Source: a virus (lineage: Duplodnaviria > Caudoviricetes). Taken from it: 64,000 bases of DNA. Positions 54,558 to 64,000 of this stretch are shown piece after piece (position 1 is the stretch's first letter; each line of letters begins with the position of its first letter). The notes under the pieces were generated by a model. The model made no database searches, was not told the DNA's origin, and saw only the letters and a program-made list of their open reading frames with translations. The stretch lies in the IMG/VR virus record IMGVR_UViG_3300042010_000129, positions 32,001 to 96,000 of that record, one strand, 5' to 3'. The translations under genes and the position numbers were made by a program.

Positions 54558-56005
54558 TTGCAAATACTCCAAATCTTCGGTTTGTTAAACCGTTGTCGAA
54601 ATATATGCAGCTGCGCATTCGAATGTTTGGGCGCCAGCGCTTCGCAAAAACCTATTCGGTAACAGGTTCTAACCTGAATTCCGTAACGCTGCCATTCACG
54701 CCGTGGTCTGCGCAAACGCTTGAGATTTATTTGGATAGCGTGCGCGTTCTAAGTGGCTATAACGTAAACGGGGCGGTGGTTAGTTTTACACCGCCTTTGG
54801 CTGGTCGTCTCGAATTTGTCGATGATGACGAATTGGTGGATACGGGCCTGAAATGGTTGCCCGTTCCACTACCAAACCTTTTGCAATCGAATGACACACA
54901 AAACACCGCATATGGCACGGATCGCCGCGAAGGTCAGCAGATTGCAACGCACGCACAACCGGTATGCATTACACAGGGCGCATTAGGCTTTGCGCGCCCC
55001 AGTCCGGATAATGATCAGTTGCTTTATTGCCCGTATTACGGGATGTATGGCCGCGATTCGATTACCTACGCAATTAAAACGGATCTTGGGCAATTGTCCG
55101 ATTTCCGTTGCATTGATATTCGCGTGCGTGACCCGAATTATATTCCGACCATGCGCCTAGCCTGTTTGTCGTCTGTGAGTAGTCCTGTGCAGGTTGACGG
55201 AAACCTAAAGGATATTGTTCCTAATGGTGCCTATCAAATCTACGCGGATATTCCTACAGGCGGCGGAATTCAATTGCCGAACAAGGATGGCAACGGCCCC
55301 CGCGAATACCATTTCGTTATTCAGGGCGCGGATGAAAACGGCGATTGGTTTGAGCCTGAAGAATACTTCGATCCGGGCACGTTCGAAATCATTGCAGAAA
55401 CGCAACAAGGATTCACTGTTACCTTTATCGGGAACGCAGAGGATTACGGGTTTGCAAACGCCACACGCGTCTCTGTAATGACGGAATTCGACGGTGAAGA
55501 ACTGCCGATTAAACTGCGTTACATGGATACGGATTTGTTGTCGGTGAAAATCGCCAGCAATAAACCGATTCCAATTGAAAGCCTGCCAGTCAGTGTGGCC
55601 GATCCGTTGATTGAACTGGATAACGGCGGGGCCGGAACTGCCGAATGGATTTACAACGACGATTGGATTTCTGATACCGGAATTAACCTCGATATGTTGT
55701 GGGAAAACCCGGTGTTCGAAGAGCGTGACGTTTCTGTCACCATGTCGTTCGGCGTTCAATTCAACAAATACAATCCGCAAACGCAGTTGCCGACGATGCC
55801 TATCCCGTATTCCAAGACTGTAACCGGGAAATTCATTACGGCAGAAGACGTTGCAAATAACGAAGTTGTCCAACCAGAAGATACCCAAGAAACGCTGCTT
55901 ACTGGCCTGTTTTGGGAAACCTCGAATCAATTCTCTCCAGTGTACGAAGGAAATCTCGTATTGAATTCGACATTCGATTGGCAGATTGTGGTTGCGACTC
56001 CATAA
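54554..56005 (+). CDS. Virion structural protein
   Basis: In baseplate operon; beta-rich. Confidence 0.65.
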   Translation: MIANTPNLRFVKPLSKYMQLRIRMFGRQRFAKTYSVTGSNLNSVTLPFTPWSAQTLEIYLDSVRVLSGYNVNGAVVSFTPPLAGRLEFVDDDELVDTGLKWLPVPLPNLLQSNDTQNTAYGTDRREGQQIATHAQPVCITQGALGFARPSPDNDQLLYCPYYGMYGRDSITYAIKTDLGQLSDFRCIDIRVRDPNYIPTMRLACLSSVSSPVQVDGNLKDIVPNGAYQIYADIPTGGGIQLPNKDGNGPREYHFVIQGADENGDWFEPEEYFDPGTFEIIAETQQGFTVTFIGNAEDYGFANATRVSVMTEFDGEELPIKLRYMDTDLLSVKIASNKPIPIESLPVSVADPLIELDNGGAGTAEWIYNDDWISDTGINLDMLWENPVFEERDVSVTMSFGVQFNKYNPQTQLPTMPIPYSKTVTGKFITAEDVANNEVVQPEDTQETLLTGLFWETSNQFSPVYEGNLVLNSTFDWQIVVATP

Positions 56006-56065
56006 TTTAAAGGGAAAGGGCATTCTTAAACGGATGCCCAAACTCTTTATAAAGCGGGGAAACAA

Positions 56066-56308
56066 ATGACTGAATTCATCAATCCGCTGACCGTATTGCG
56101 TCAGCAGAAAGAAGCCAAAGCACAACAAATCGCCGTCGCTTCTGCCGCAGAAATGGAAGCGCAGGAATTGGCTACGGCCAGCGCGTTGACGAACGTTGAT
56201 CCGTCGATGTGCCCTAAATGCGGTCGTAGCATGGGGTTCGGTTTTTTGTTTGATCGTACCCGTGTTTACTACTGTGATGTTGATCGCGTTTCGCAGCCGA
56301 TGGAATGA
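56066..56308 (+). CDS. Small zinc-ribbon protein
   Basis: CPKCG...YYCDVD; contains ELATASA. Confidence 0.7.
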   Translation: MTEFINPLTVLRQQKEAKAQQIAVASAAEMEAQELATASALTNVDPSMCPKCGRSMGFGFLFDRTRVYYCDVDRVSQPME

Positions 56309-56313
56309 ATTAA

Positions 56314-58629
56314 ATGACTGATAAGCTGGTTTTACTCGACGCCGGGGAGCAGGCGCTAAATAACGCTAGCGCCGGTGGCATTCTGATTAAACCTGCATCG
56401 TTCCGTATGGGCGATTCGGATTTGTACGCCACCAGTACCCAACACACTGATATCGTCGGCAACTTCATTTGTGGTGGAACAATTCACCACGTAGAAACTT
56501 TGAGTGCCCGCGTTTGCCGTTTCGTTCTGACCATTGATACCCGGCTGCTGACCGAGCCGACTGAAGTAAAAGAAGTTGTTGTTTTCTTCGAAGGAAATGT
56601 CGCTTTTGGCCGTGCTGTTTTTGCCGAAGCGTATATCCTGAATCCAAACGAACCGACTCGCCTTTCTGTTGTGCTGGCAACCAGCCGCGCAGACCTGACC
56701 ACAATCAATGTGAGCGTGGGCGAATATGAGTCGATTCCAAGCACTGCATTTCTTTACCGCTTACCATCCCCTGCGCAAACGGATTTCGCCGCTATTTCTG
56801 TATTGAATGGCAAACGAAATCCTGACGGCACATCCAGCCCTGTAATCGCAACGCGGTACGGGGCAGGTTCGTTTCAGTGGGGTTTCACCGATCACAATCG
56901 GGTATTTAATGGCAAGCCAACTTCTGCCACCAGCACCACGTTTAAAATCAGTAGCTCGCTGCAATGGGCCGCTGACGAACAGGTAATTGTTCACGTTGTG
57001 GCTGGCAGTGGTGAAGGACAAACCCGGCGTTATCGCTGGAACGCAGGCGCCCAAGAATTCCGCGATCCCGATGCACAAGCGTTGCCGAATTTGGCGAATT
57101 CCACGATTGGTATTTGGAAACTCATTACCAGTTCGACCGGTACAGGTTCTGGCCCCGGTGACGGCAATCTGGTTATTCCGCCAACCACGGAAATTCCGCA
57201 AGATTGGGTACTCACTCCCGGTTCTGACGGCACGCTGGTTTGGCAACCGCCGAAAGCTGCTTCGCGTATTATTTCCACGCTTTACACCGGGCCTTCCAAG
57301 CTCGATGTTAACGCCCTGAACTTTATGGGCACTGGCGACATTGCGCGTTACACCACTGGTGAATTGGTCGCAGAAAACGCGAACTACATTTACCCGGCTG
57401 TTGGTTTGACCACGCAGCACCGTTCGGCCTTCCAATTGTCGGCCAGTGAACTGGAATTCGCAGAGAATATTCCGTCGAGTGTTCCAATTGATTTGCGTGT
57501 GTTTACTAAATCACCTTCGACCGGTACGCGTGCAGTTTTCACCACGTTGGAATTCGTCGGTGACGGCCTGCAAGTCGAATATGATTTGGGCCAGTCGGTA
57601 GAAAGCAATTCGCACGTGTTCTGTTTCGTGCAATCCACGCTGCAACCGATCACCACCTACAGCATTGATCAAACGACCAATAAGCTGCGCATGGTGGCCC
57701 CGGTTGAAGCCGGTTTGGATATTGAATTCAAACTGCTTTCGTACATTCAGGAAACCGGCTACAGCACGCGGATCGTCACGAAGACTTACAGCATTCAGGG
57801 CGAGACTTATTTCCTGAAATTGCCGACCAGTCCGCAATCCATCGAACAGGTTTTTGTAAGCCAGTCCGGTGCGCACATTCATGAGAAAAACTTCAGCCTG
57901 ATCGACGACGCGTTGGTGTTCACCGCAACACTCGAACCAGACGTAGAAGTTGAAGTGATGGTATTCGAAAATATCCAAAGCCAAGGATCGGAACAAACCG
58001 GTTTGAACGGCATTGTGATTGACGGATATGTTTCGCACAAAAACCTCACGCTGTTGCGTCACAATGCGCCGCCTGTAGAGCTTCCAATTCCAGCGCCGAA
58101 AATCGCGGTTGGTGATGGCCTGACCATCGACAATTCGACAGGCACTGCAATGATTTCTTTGAACGAAGATGCATTTCCGTCGCTGCGCAAATCGCGTTCG
58201 TGGTCGGTTGAACAATCGTTTAAAGTGGCGAGTGGTGCAGCGGCTCAAACCATTACCCTGACGCAGGGCCAAGCGTCGATGTATGTTGTGCATGTGGATT
58301 TCATTGCGAAACTCGGCCCCGGTTATCAGTCGGCAGAAGGAACGGAAAATATCGAGTTTGTTGTCGGTGTTCGTTCTACGCAATCTGTTGAACCTGATTT
58401 CGGTCGTCAGATTCGCGGTACAGGCACAGCCGGTGTGATTGCCAACAATGCGAAGGGCGGCACGGCTTATGCTAACGCCAGCTTTACGCAAATCTTTAAA
58501 ATTGACCCGGCGAATCACAGCGCAGAAACAATCGACCTCGTTGCAAAAATGCGCGTGAACAATGCGAACACTGCACAATTTGGTGTGCTGCTTTCGATCA
58601 ACCTGAATATTATCGAGATTCCAATATGA
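56314..58629 (+). CDS. Baseplate/tail-fibre attachment protein
   Basis: N-terminal L.DAG..A..N...I.P..FR.GD pattern; repeated F.GDG...Y.T/L units. Confidence 0.65.
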   Translation: MTDKLVLLDAGEQALNNASAGGILIKPASFRMGDSDLYATSTQHTDIVGNFICGGTIHHVETLSARVCRFVLTIDTRLLTEPTEVKEVVVFFEGNVAFGRAVFAEAYILNPNEPTRLSVVLATSRADLTTINVSVGEYESIPSTAFLYRLPSPAQTDFAAISVLNGKRNPDGTSSPVIATRYGAGSFQWGFTDHNRVFNGKPTSATSTTFKISSSLQWAADEQVIVHVVAGSGEGQTRRYRWNAGAQEFRDPDAQALPNLANSTIGIWKLITSSTGTGSGPGDGNLVIPPTTEIPQDWVLTPGSDGTLVWQPPKAASRIISTLYTGPSKLDVNALNFMGTGDIARYTTGELVAENANYIYPAVGLTTQHRSAFQLSASELEFAENIPSSVPIDLRVFTKSPSTGTRAVFTTLEFVGDGLQVEYDLGQSVESNSHVFCFVQSTLQPITTYSIDQTTNKLRMVAPVEAGLDIEFKLLSYIQETGYSTRIVTKTYSIQGETYFLKLPTSPQSIEQVFVSQSGAHIHEKNFSLIDDALVFTATLEPDVEVEVMVFENIQSQGSEQTGLNGIVIDGYVSHKNLTLLRHNAPPVELPIPAPKIAVGDGLTIDNSTGTAMISLNEDAFPSLRKSRSWSVEQSFKVASGAAAQTITLTQGQASMYVVHVDFIAKLGPGYQSAEGTENIEFVVGVRSTQSVEPDFGRQIRGTGTAGVIANNAKGGTAYANASFTQIFKIDPANHSAETIDLVAKMRVNNANTAQFGVLLSINLNIIEIPI

Positions 58630-59045
58630 GGCACTGGGTCGTCAACGGCGCTTTGCGAAAAGGTGATTGTGTAGAAGGTGGCGTGGAAATCAGCGAAGAA
58701 CAATATCGTTATTTCCTCGACAATTATGAGCTTCTCACAATCGAAGTCGTAGACGGCAAGGTGCGCACCCGTGTTGATATGGTTGCGTATCGGCGGGCCG
58801 CTCTTGCGAGACTTGAAAACGTGAATTACATCGTCGTGGACAACAGGAAATATTTCGACGATGAACTTCCGTATTTGAGTGGGGATTATTTCCTGCGCAG
58901 CGGTGGCCCTTGCCTACTCACAAAGGAACAGATGATTAAAAAGGTGACGGAAAGAAATCGTGATTACACCATGCGGCGTTCGGGCATCCAAACTGCTAAA
59001 ACGCCTGAAGAGGTGGATGGGTATCTGATATGTCGAATGACTTAA
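58626..59045 (+). CDS. Hypothetical protein, possible fibre assembly protein
   Basis: Lies between fibre genes; ISEEQY motif. Confidence 0.55.
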   Translation: MRHWVVNGALRKGDCVEGGVEISEEQYRYFLDNYELLTIEVVDGKVRTRVDMVAYRRAALARLENVNYIVVDNRKYFDDELPYLSGDYFLRSGGPCLLTKEQMIKKVTERNRDYTMRRSGIQTAKTPEEVDGYLICRMT

Positions 59046-59830
59046 CGATTGCGGTACTGGATAATAAATCGGTATCGGTTCCAATTGGTAGAACAGTCCT
59101 GACGAACATCAAACGTCAGAACTCGCTGAAAGTTCAAAGTGCAATGACCGGCACTGAAGTTGTGGCCCCGAATTACACGGCTATCGACGCACCCGGTTAT
59201 GACGGCGAACAGGCATACCGAACCGATGCCGATGTGGTTTATTTCGATACGCCGGTAGACCGTGACGCGCTGCGCATTGCGGAAATTGTCTTCGATGACA
59301 AAACTGGTGTGCTGACTTTTTATCGCAAAAACGGATCGCATTTCGAAGTAACTTCTTTTCTGCGTCAAATTGATTTCGGTGTTGGGCCAGCTGGCACGCG
59401 TGGTGATCCGGGTAAAGACGGAACCATGGGCGACGACGGAATTGATGGAAAAGACGGTGAAACGGGATGCGCCGGATTGCAGGGAATTGAAGGGCGTCCC
59501 GGCCCTGTCGGTGATCCGGGGAAAGAGGGCGAAGTGGGCAGCGCCGGGCCGTATGGTGCATTAGGCCCCACAGGCCCACGCGGTGATATTGGCGCAATGG
59601 GTGTGCCCGGTTTCGAAGGTAAACGCGGATTGTGTGGATTCAGTTGTCCAACTACTTCGCGTGGCCCGTGCGGCCCTCAAGGTAAAACCATGAACGGTTA
59701 TGTTCAGACCGGCCCTTATCCGAAAAATAACGATTTGATTTGGGCCGCTGCTGAAGACTGCATGGAACCACGTTGCCCCGCAACCTTTGACCTGACCGAC
59801 GTAGGCACCCGACCAGTGTCGTATGTGTAA
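59030..59830 (+). CDS. Collagen-like fibre protein 1
   Basis: About 28 uninterrupted Gly-X-Y triplets. Confidence 0.85.
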   Translation: MSNDLTIAVLDNKSVSVPIGRTVLTNIKRQNSLKVQSAMTGTEVVAPNYTAIDAPGYDGEQAYRTDADVVYFDTPVDRDALRIAEIVFDDKTGVLTFYRKNGSHFEVTSFLRQIDFGVGPAGTRGDPGKDGTMGDDGIDGKDGETGCAGLQGIEGRPGPVGDPGKEGEVGSAGPYGALGPTGPRGDIGAMGVPGFEGKRGLCGFSCPTTSRGPCGPQGKTMNGYVQTGPYPKNNDLIWAAAEDCMEPRCPATFDLTDVGTRPVSYV

Positions 59831-59849
59831 CGAATTGAAGGGATAAAAA

Positions 59850-62348
59850 ATGAAAGATTGCAGTTCGTTACCGGTCATTGCGCCCCAGTCGGTTCCCGTG
59901 CGAAAAATCATCGCACAGTGCGGCGAATGGATTACGCTTTGCGGTAAAGGAAAACACCAGATTTCCTATTTCCTCGGATTGCTGCAAGGGCCTGTAACCA
60001 TTTGGTTCCAACGCGAAAGTATCGAGGATGAAATCTACGTTTATCAGAACGGGGAAATCATTGCAGCGGCGCCACTGAAAACCGAAAGCGGTTCGTTTAC
60101 GTTTGATTATTCGCCACTCGACGAAAAGCCGGGTAACGATGAAATCATTCTGACCCACGAAGGTGCGACAGTTGGCGCCCGTGCGCATATCCATTTTCTG
60201 TGCCCTGTTGATCCATGCTTGCCACCAGTTGTGGCCGAACCGAACCCGGTTGAAACTACGCTGATTTGTGGCAAGTCGTGGCACCAAGCGGGCTATGTGA
60301 AAAAGAACACAATTTTGCTCGGTGACAAACCGGGCCGCGTCGATATTATTTGGTCGGTTGTAGGTAATGGATTGGTGCAGGTTTTCCAAGACAAAACTTT
60401 GCTGCTGACCATGACGCCGGATCGCGAAGCTCTGACCAGTTTCGAATACGATCCTGAACTCGGTGACGTTTATGTGTTGACCCAAGGAACGGGCGCCGTG
60501 GATTACATTTTCACGTGCCCTTTCAAAGAAGAAACACCAGAAATTCCGAGCTTCGAATTCGTTTGTGATGCGACTGAGGATTATGTTTTCAACGCACCGC
60601 AATTAACCGAATTGATGCTGCCTGTCTTGATCGGCACCATTGATTTTCGTGTGCAGTTGGTGGAAACGGCGCAGCTGACGTTCTCGCAAAACAACGTTCC
60701 GTTTTATGTTGTGAGCGGGCACACGGGGGAAGTGAATTTCTCCTACGATTACAATCCGGATAAAGGCAAAGTCACGGTTAACGCCGAGGGCTACGGGGAA
60801 ATCGCGATGTTTGCGAAATGCCCCTACAACGCACCCGATCCTGACCCGGTTGATATCGACGCAGATTGCGGAACCACGCTGAACACGTATCCCGGCTATT
60901 CGAATATCACGATGGATATGGACGCAATCAGCGGCCAAACAATTCTTGATTTAATCCTGACGGAAACAACGATTGAAGTTATCCACACCGGTACTTCGCG
61001 ATTCATCACAGAATCCGGCAGCTATCCGATGCAGTATGACCGTTCGGTTCCCCTGATTATCAAAGGGCGCGGAAACGATTTCCAAATGCGCTTGAGTTGC
61101 CCGGTTCGCACGCCTGTAACAGGCACCATTGATTGCGGCGTAATTCGCAACTTCGATTCCTATTCGAATATCACTGTTCGTTACGGATCGACCGCAGGCA
61201 ATACCACGATTACCACCAGCCAAGACGTGAGCGTTTACCGCGATAATGTTTTGGTCGGATTTGGGCGTGACGTCACGTTCTTTTATCCGGGCACTGGTAC
61301 GGTTCTCGTTAAGTGTGATGTTCTCGACGAATACCTGACGATTTCCGCAACGTGTCCAGCGGTGAAAACCCTGCCATGCGGTGATCAGTTCGTGCAGTTC
61401 AACGCTGGCGACATTATCGACCTCGCATTTAATACGCCGCTTATTCGTGGGCATGTTGATGTGTCGATTGAAATCACGGGTAACGTGAGCGCGGTTTTCC
61501 GTCTCGGTTCGAATGACGTTCACACCAGTACGCAAACCGAAACGTTTACGAATATCTGGAACACTGCAAACGGCCTTCGTGTTGTTAGCAGCGGCACCGG
61601 ACAATTCAAACTTTTCGTGAAGTGTGCGGTTCCGATTTATATCGTCAGTGAAGAAACGAAAACAGAGCAAGTTGATTGCCAACCGGGCGAGACTGCCGGT
61701 GGTGTTCCGGGCGGTAATACGTTCGTGACCGCAACGTGGAAAGTAATCACTTATTCAGACGGTTCGGTTGTGACAACGACCAAAACTTATGACGGTGTGT
61801 GTATGCCAGCAACAGCAGTTCCAATTCGTGCCCCGCGCTGGGGTGTGGCGATGTTTGCAAACCGTTTGTTTACCGGTGGCCCTATCGCCGCAGAAATCAC
61901 CAGCGAAGAACAATCGTATGGTGTGGTCGCAAACCCAAGTCCTAGCGGGCGCAATTACACGCATTGGACTGGCATTCAACAATTCGCTGATCAGGTGATG
62001 ACCAACACGTTCGCGATTACTCCGGAATCTCCGGGGATTATCACGCCGACAATTTCCGTGGACGATTTCGTTTACGTGATGTGGGATAAGCGCGCTGGTA
62101 CGCAGCTGAAAATCATTAACCTCGGCAACAATTTCGAGGTGGTGTTTGAGGGCATTTTGTGGCGTAACGATCTTTTGGGTAACTACGAAGGATTGCCCGG
62201 ATATAATCCAAATCTTCCGATCTATTTGACCGTGCAATACGACGACGGTACAGGTGTTCGCGACTGGATCATTGTTCGGCAGGAAACCACGACGCTGCCT
62301 GAATTCAGCCCACGGACTGATAGCTATTCCATTCAATACGTGCCGTAG
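59850..62348 (+). CDS. Virion protein with six Cys-flanked tandem beta repeats
   Basis: Repeats open with C(G/D) and close with CP/CA. Confidence 0.7.
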   Translation: MKDCSSLPVIAPQSVPVRKIIAQCGEWITLCGKGKHQISYFLGLLQGPVTIWFQRESIEDEIYVYQNGEIIAAAPLKTESGSFTFDYSPLDEKPGNDEIILTHEGATVGARAHIHFLCPVDPCLPPVVAEPNPVETTLICGKSWHQAGYVKKNTILLGDKPGRVDIIWSVVGNGLVQVFQDKTLLLTMTPDREALTSFEYDPELGDVYVLTQGTGAVDYIFTCPFKEETPEIPSFEFVCDATEDYVFNAPQLTELMLPVLIGTIDFRVQLVETAQLTFSQNNVPFYVVSGHTGEVNFSYDYNPDKGKVTVNAEGYGEIAMFAKCPYNAPDPDPVDIDADCGTTLNTYPGYSNITMDMDAISGQTILDLILTETTIEVIHTGTSRFITESGSYPMQYDRSVPLIIKGRGNDFQMRLSCPVRTPVTGTIDCGVIRNFDSYSNITVRYGSTAGNTTITTSQDVSVYRDNVLVGFGRDVTFFYPGTGTVLVKCDVLDEYLTISATCPAVKTLPCGDQFVQFNAGDIIDLAFNTPLIRGHVDVSIEITGNVSAVFRLGSNDVHTSTQTETFTNIWNTANGLRVVSSGTGQFKLFVKCAVPIYIVSEETKTEQVDCQPGETAGGVPGGNTFVTATWKVITYSDGSVVTTTKTYDGVCMPATAVPIRAPRWGVAMFANRLFTGGPIAAEITSEEQSYGVVANPSPSGRNYTHWTGIQQFADQVMTNTFAITPESPGIITPTISVDDFVYVMWDKRAGTQLKIINLGNNFEVVFEGILWRNDLLGNYEGLPGYNPNLPIYLTVQYDDGTGVRDWIIVRQETTTLPEFSPRTDSYSIQYVP

Positions 62349-62356
62349 GAATTCTC

Positions 62357-63382
62357 ATGACAGGATTAACAAGAATCCCGACGTACATGATCCGTGCGAA
62401 GGGCGAGAAAGATTCCAGTATTCTCGAAGTAAAAAACGAACGCCTTTCTGCAACAGCGCCGTCCGATGCCGACGTAACAGAAATCGAATCCGCGATTTAC
62501 GATGAAACTCAGGGCACGCTTACTTTTCGTTTTTATAACGGACAGGAAATGCGTGTTCCGGGTTTCCCGGTTCCTTCGAAAATTCCAGCAGGCCCTACGG
62601 GGCCGCAGGGACTCGCAGGCATTGACGGAAAAAACGGAAAAGATGGGCGCGATGGTGCAGTAGGCAGCGCAGGTTGTGCGGGGCCTCAAGGTGTAATTGG
62701 TCAAACGGGGCCAAAAGGTGAAACCGGTCGCACTGGTCAACCCGGCCCCGCTGGCCCAACAGGCCCCCAAGGCCCACAGGGATTGCAAGGCCCATTAGGC
62801 CCCACCGGCCCACAAGGCCCACAGGGGCCACAAGGCCCACGCGGTGAACAAGGCCCGCAAGGTCGCCCCGGCCCGAAAGGCCCTGAAGGTTTTATGCACA
62901 TTGTGGTTTCCACTTCGGAACCGGAAGAAAAAGATCGCGTCGATGGTTTGTTGTGGGTGAATCCTGCAATTGATTATTTGTGCGGTGTTTATAATCCTCC
63001 GGTTTGTCCGGAACCAGAACCGTGCCCGCCGCTCGCATTTAAAGAGCAAACTTTCCAACTGAATGCGACTATCGGAAAATCCAGCAACGTGCATTATCTC
63101 GGCCCTACGGCGGGCGTTGTGAAAATCACGTATGCAACTGCAAACGCAGATGCGCCGGGTGATCCAGCTGGTGGTTATGTCGGCAATCGGATTGATGTTC
63201 GCCATCGCGGAATTGTGGTTGCTACCAACGGTGCAGATGAAATTGTTTTCCGTGATCAACCGAAAGCTTTCGAATTTGCATACGAGCCGTCGAATGGTAA
63301 CGAATTCATCACGGTGGAAATGTCGCACAGCGATTCGAATTCCGATTGGTGGTCGTACAAAATCAGCGGCCCTACTTTGTAA
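62357..63382 (+). CDS. Collagen-like fibre protein 2
   Basis: About 33 Gly-X-Y triplets; LLWVNP. Confidence 0.85.
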   Translation: MTGLTRIPTYMIRAKGEKDSSILEVKNERLSATAPSDADVTEIESAIYDETQGTLTFRFYNGQEMRVPGFPVPSKIPAGPTGPQGLAGIDGKNGKDGRDGAVGSAGCAGPQGVIGQTGPKGETGRTGQPGPAGPTGPQGPQGLQGPLGPTGPQGPQGPQGPRGEQGPQGRPGPKGPEGFMHIVVSTSEPEEKDRVDGLLWVNPAIDYLCGVYNPPVCPEPEPCPPLAFKEQTFQLNATIGKSSNVHYLGPTAGVVKITYATANADAPGDPAGGYVGNRIDVRHRGIVVATNGADEIVFRDQPKAFEFAYEPSNGNEFITVEMSHSDSNSDWWSYKISGPTL

Positions 63383-63400
63383 AAATATTCAGGGTGATTT

Positions 63401-63916
63401 ATGACCGAGCTTACGCGGATGCCCGTTTCGATGTTGCACGCCCGTGGAAAAACTGGCGGCAATCTCAAAAACACGGGCACGAAAGTTCAAGTCGCAACAG
63501 AAGCTGAAAATGCGGTTCCTTCCCTTGTGGCGGGTACGCTGAATCAGAACGGTTTGTTGCGCTTGAGAATGTCGGACGGAACCTACGTCGAAGTTGATGG
63601 TTTTTATACAGCGAATTCAATCATTCAAGGCCCTGCTGGCCCGCGTGGTTTCGCTGGTGAAAACGGTCGTGACGGAACGAACGGTCGCGATGGGGAACAA
63701 GGTGCAACAGGTTGCCAAGGGCCAGCTGGCCCACGCGGTGATACTGGCCCGGAAGGCCCTCGCGGCCCACAAGGTATTCAAGGCCCACCGGGGCCAAAAG
63801 GTGAACCGGGGCCACGCGGCTCTGACGGTTTTGTTCAAGTGTTTATCCAATCAGCCGATCCCTCGGCAATGGAAGGTACGACTGTGAAAGCTGGCGCACT
63901 TTGGGTGAAACCGTAA
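63401..63916 (+). CDS. Collagen-like fibre protein 3
   Basis: About 22 Gly-X-Y triplets; ALWVKP. Confidence 0.85.
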   Translation: MTELTRMPVSMLHARGKTGGNLKNTGTKVQVATEAENAVPSLVAGTLNQNGLLRLRMSDGTYVEVDGFYTANSIIQGPAGPRGFAGENGRDGTNGRDGEQGATGCQGPAGPRGDTGPEGPRGPQGIQGPPGPKGEPGPRGSDGFVQVFIQSADPSAMEGTTVKAGALWVKP

Positions 63917-63932
63917 TCGGAAATATGCAGTA

Positions 63933-63964
63933 AAAAGGCTCCTTTAATGGGGCCTTTATTGTTT
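63933..63964 (+). terminator. Rho-independent terminator
   Basis: AAAGGCTCC/GGGGCCTTT stem followed by ATTGTTT. Confidence 0.7.
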
Positions 63965-64000
63965 CTAAGTAATTTAAATACAGAAACTAAAATTGATGGT

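Noticed and set aside
1-64000. tRNA, tmRNA or rRNA genes, stop-codon reassignment, and DGR or retron elements
   Set aside because: No cloverleaf was seen in any intergenic gap. Conserved genes are intact under the standard code and end with all three stop codons. No reverse transcriptase motif was seen.

Overview
A 64-kb segment of a large myovirus (jumbo-phage-like) genome. It is densely coding, with Shine-Dalgarno sites and TAATG/ATGA gene overlaps. The host is not identifiable from sequence alone. Layout: (i) 1-14.6 kb, transcription, replication and recombination genes: a sigma-70-like factor, a probable SSB, RecA/UvsX, an HNH protein, a DnaB helicase, and two small candidate immune-signal sponges (Tad2-like and Acb2/Tad1-like). 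(ii) 14.6-27.5 kb: an intein-containing large terminase, a KTSC protein, the probable portal, a gp5-like spike, tail proteins, an SprT protease, an MmcB-like nuclease and thymidylate kinase. (iii) 27.5-43.3 kb: an array in which about 14 mostly unrelated proteins share an N-terminal M-E-M-x-L-A-L-A leader; it includes topoisomerase IB, ADP-ribosyltransferase-like and GNAT proteins, and three large paralogs. (iv) 43.4-49.2 kb: a minus-strand block with DHFR and thymidylate synthase. (v) 49.3-64 kb: PAAR, baseplate wedge, Ig-repeat and collagen-like fibre genes. The two strongest leads are a promoter- and terminator-bounded rod-shaped noncoding RNA with a central bubble resembling 6S RNA (21270-21480), and the shared N-terminal leader, a candidate capsid-targeting or cleavage tag for an injected effector set. 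All family assignments come from motif recognition by eye; no database search was run.
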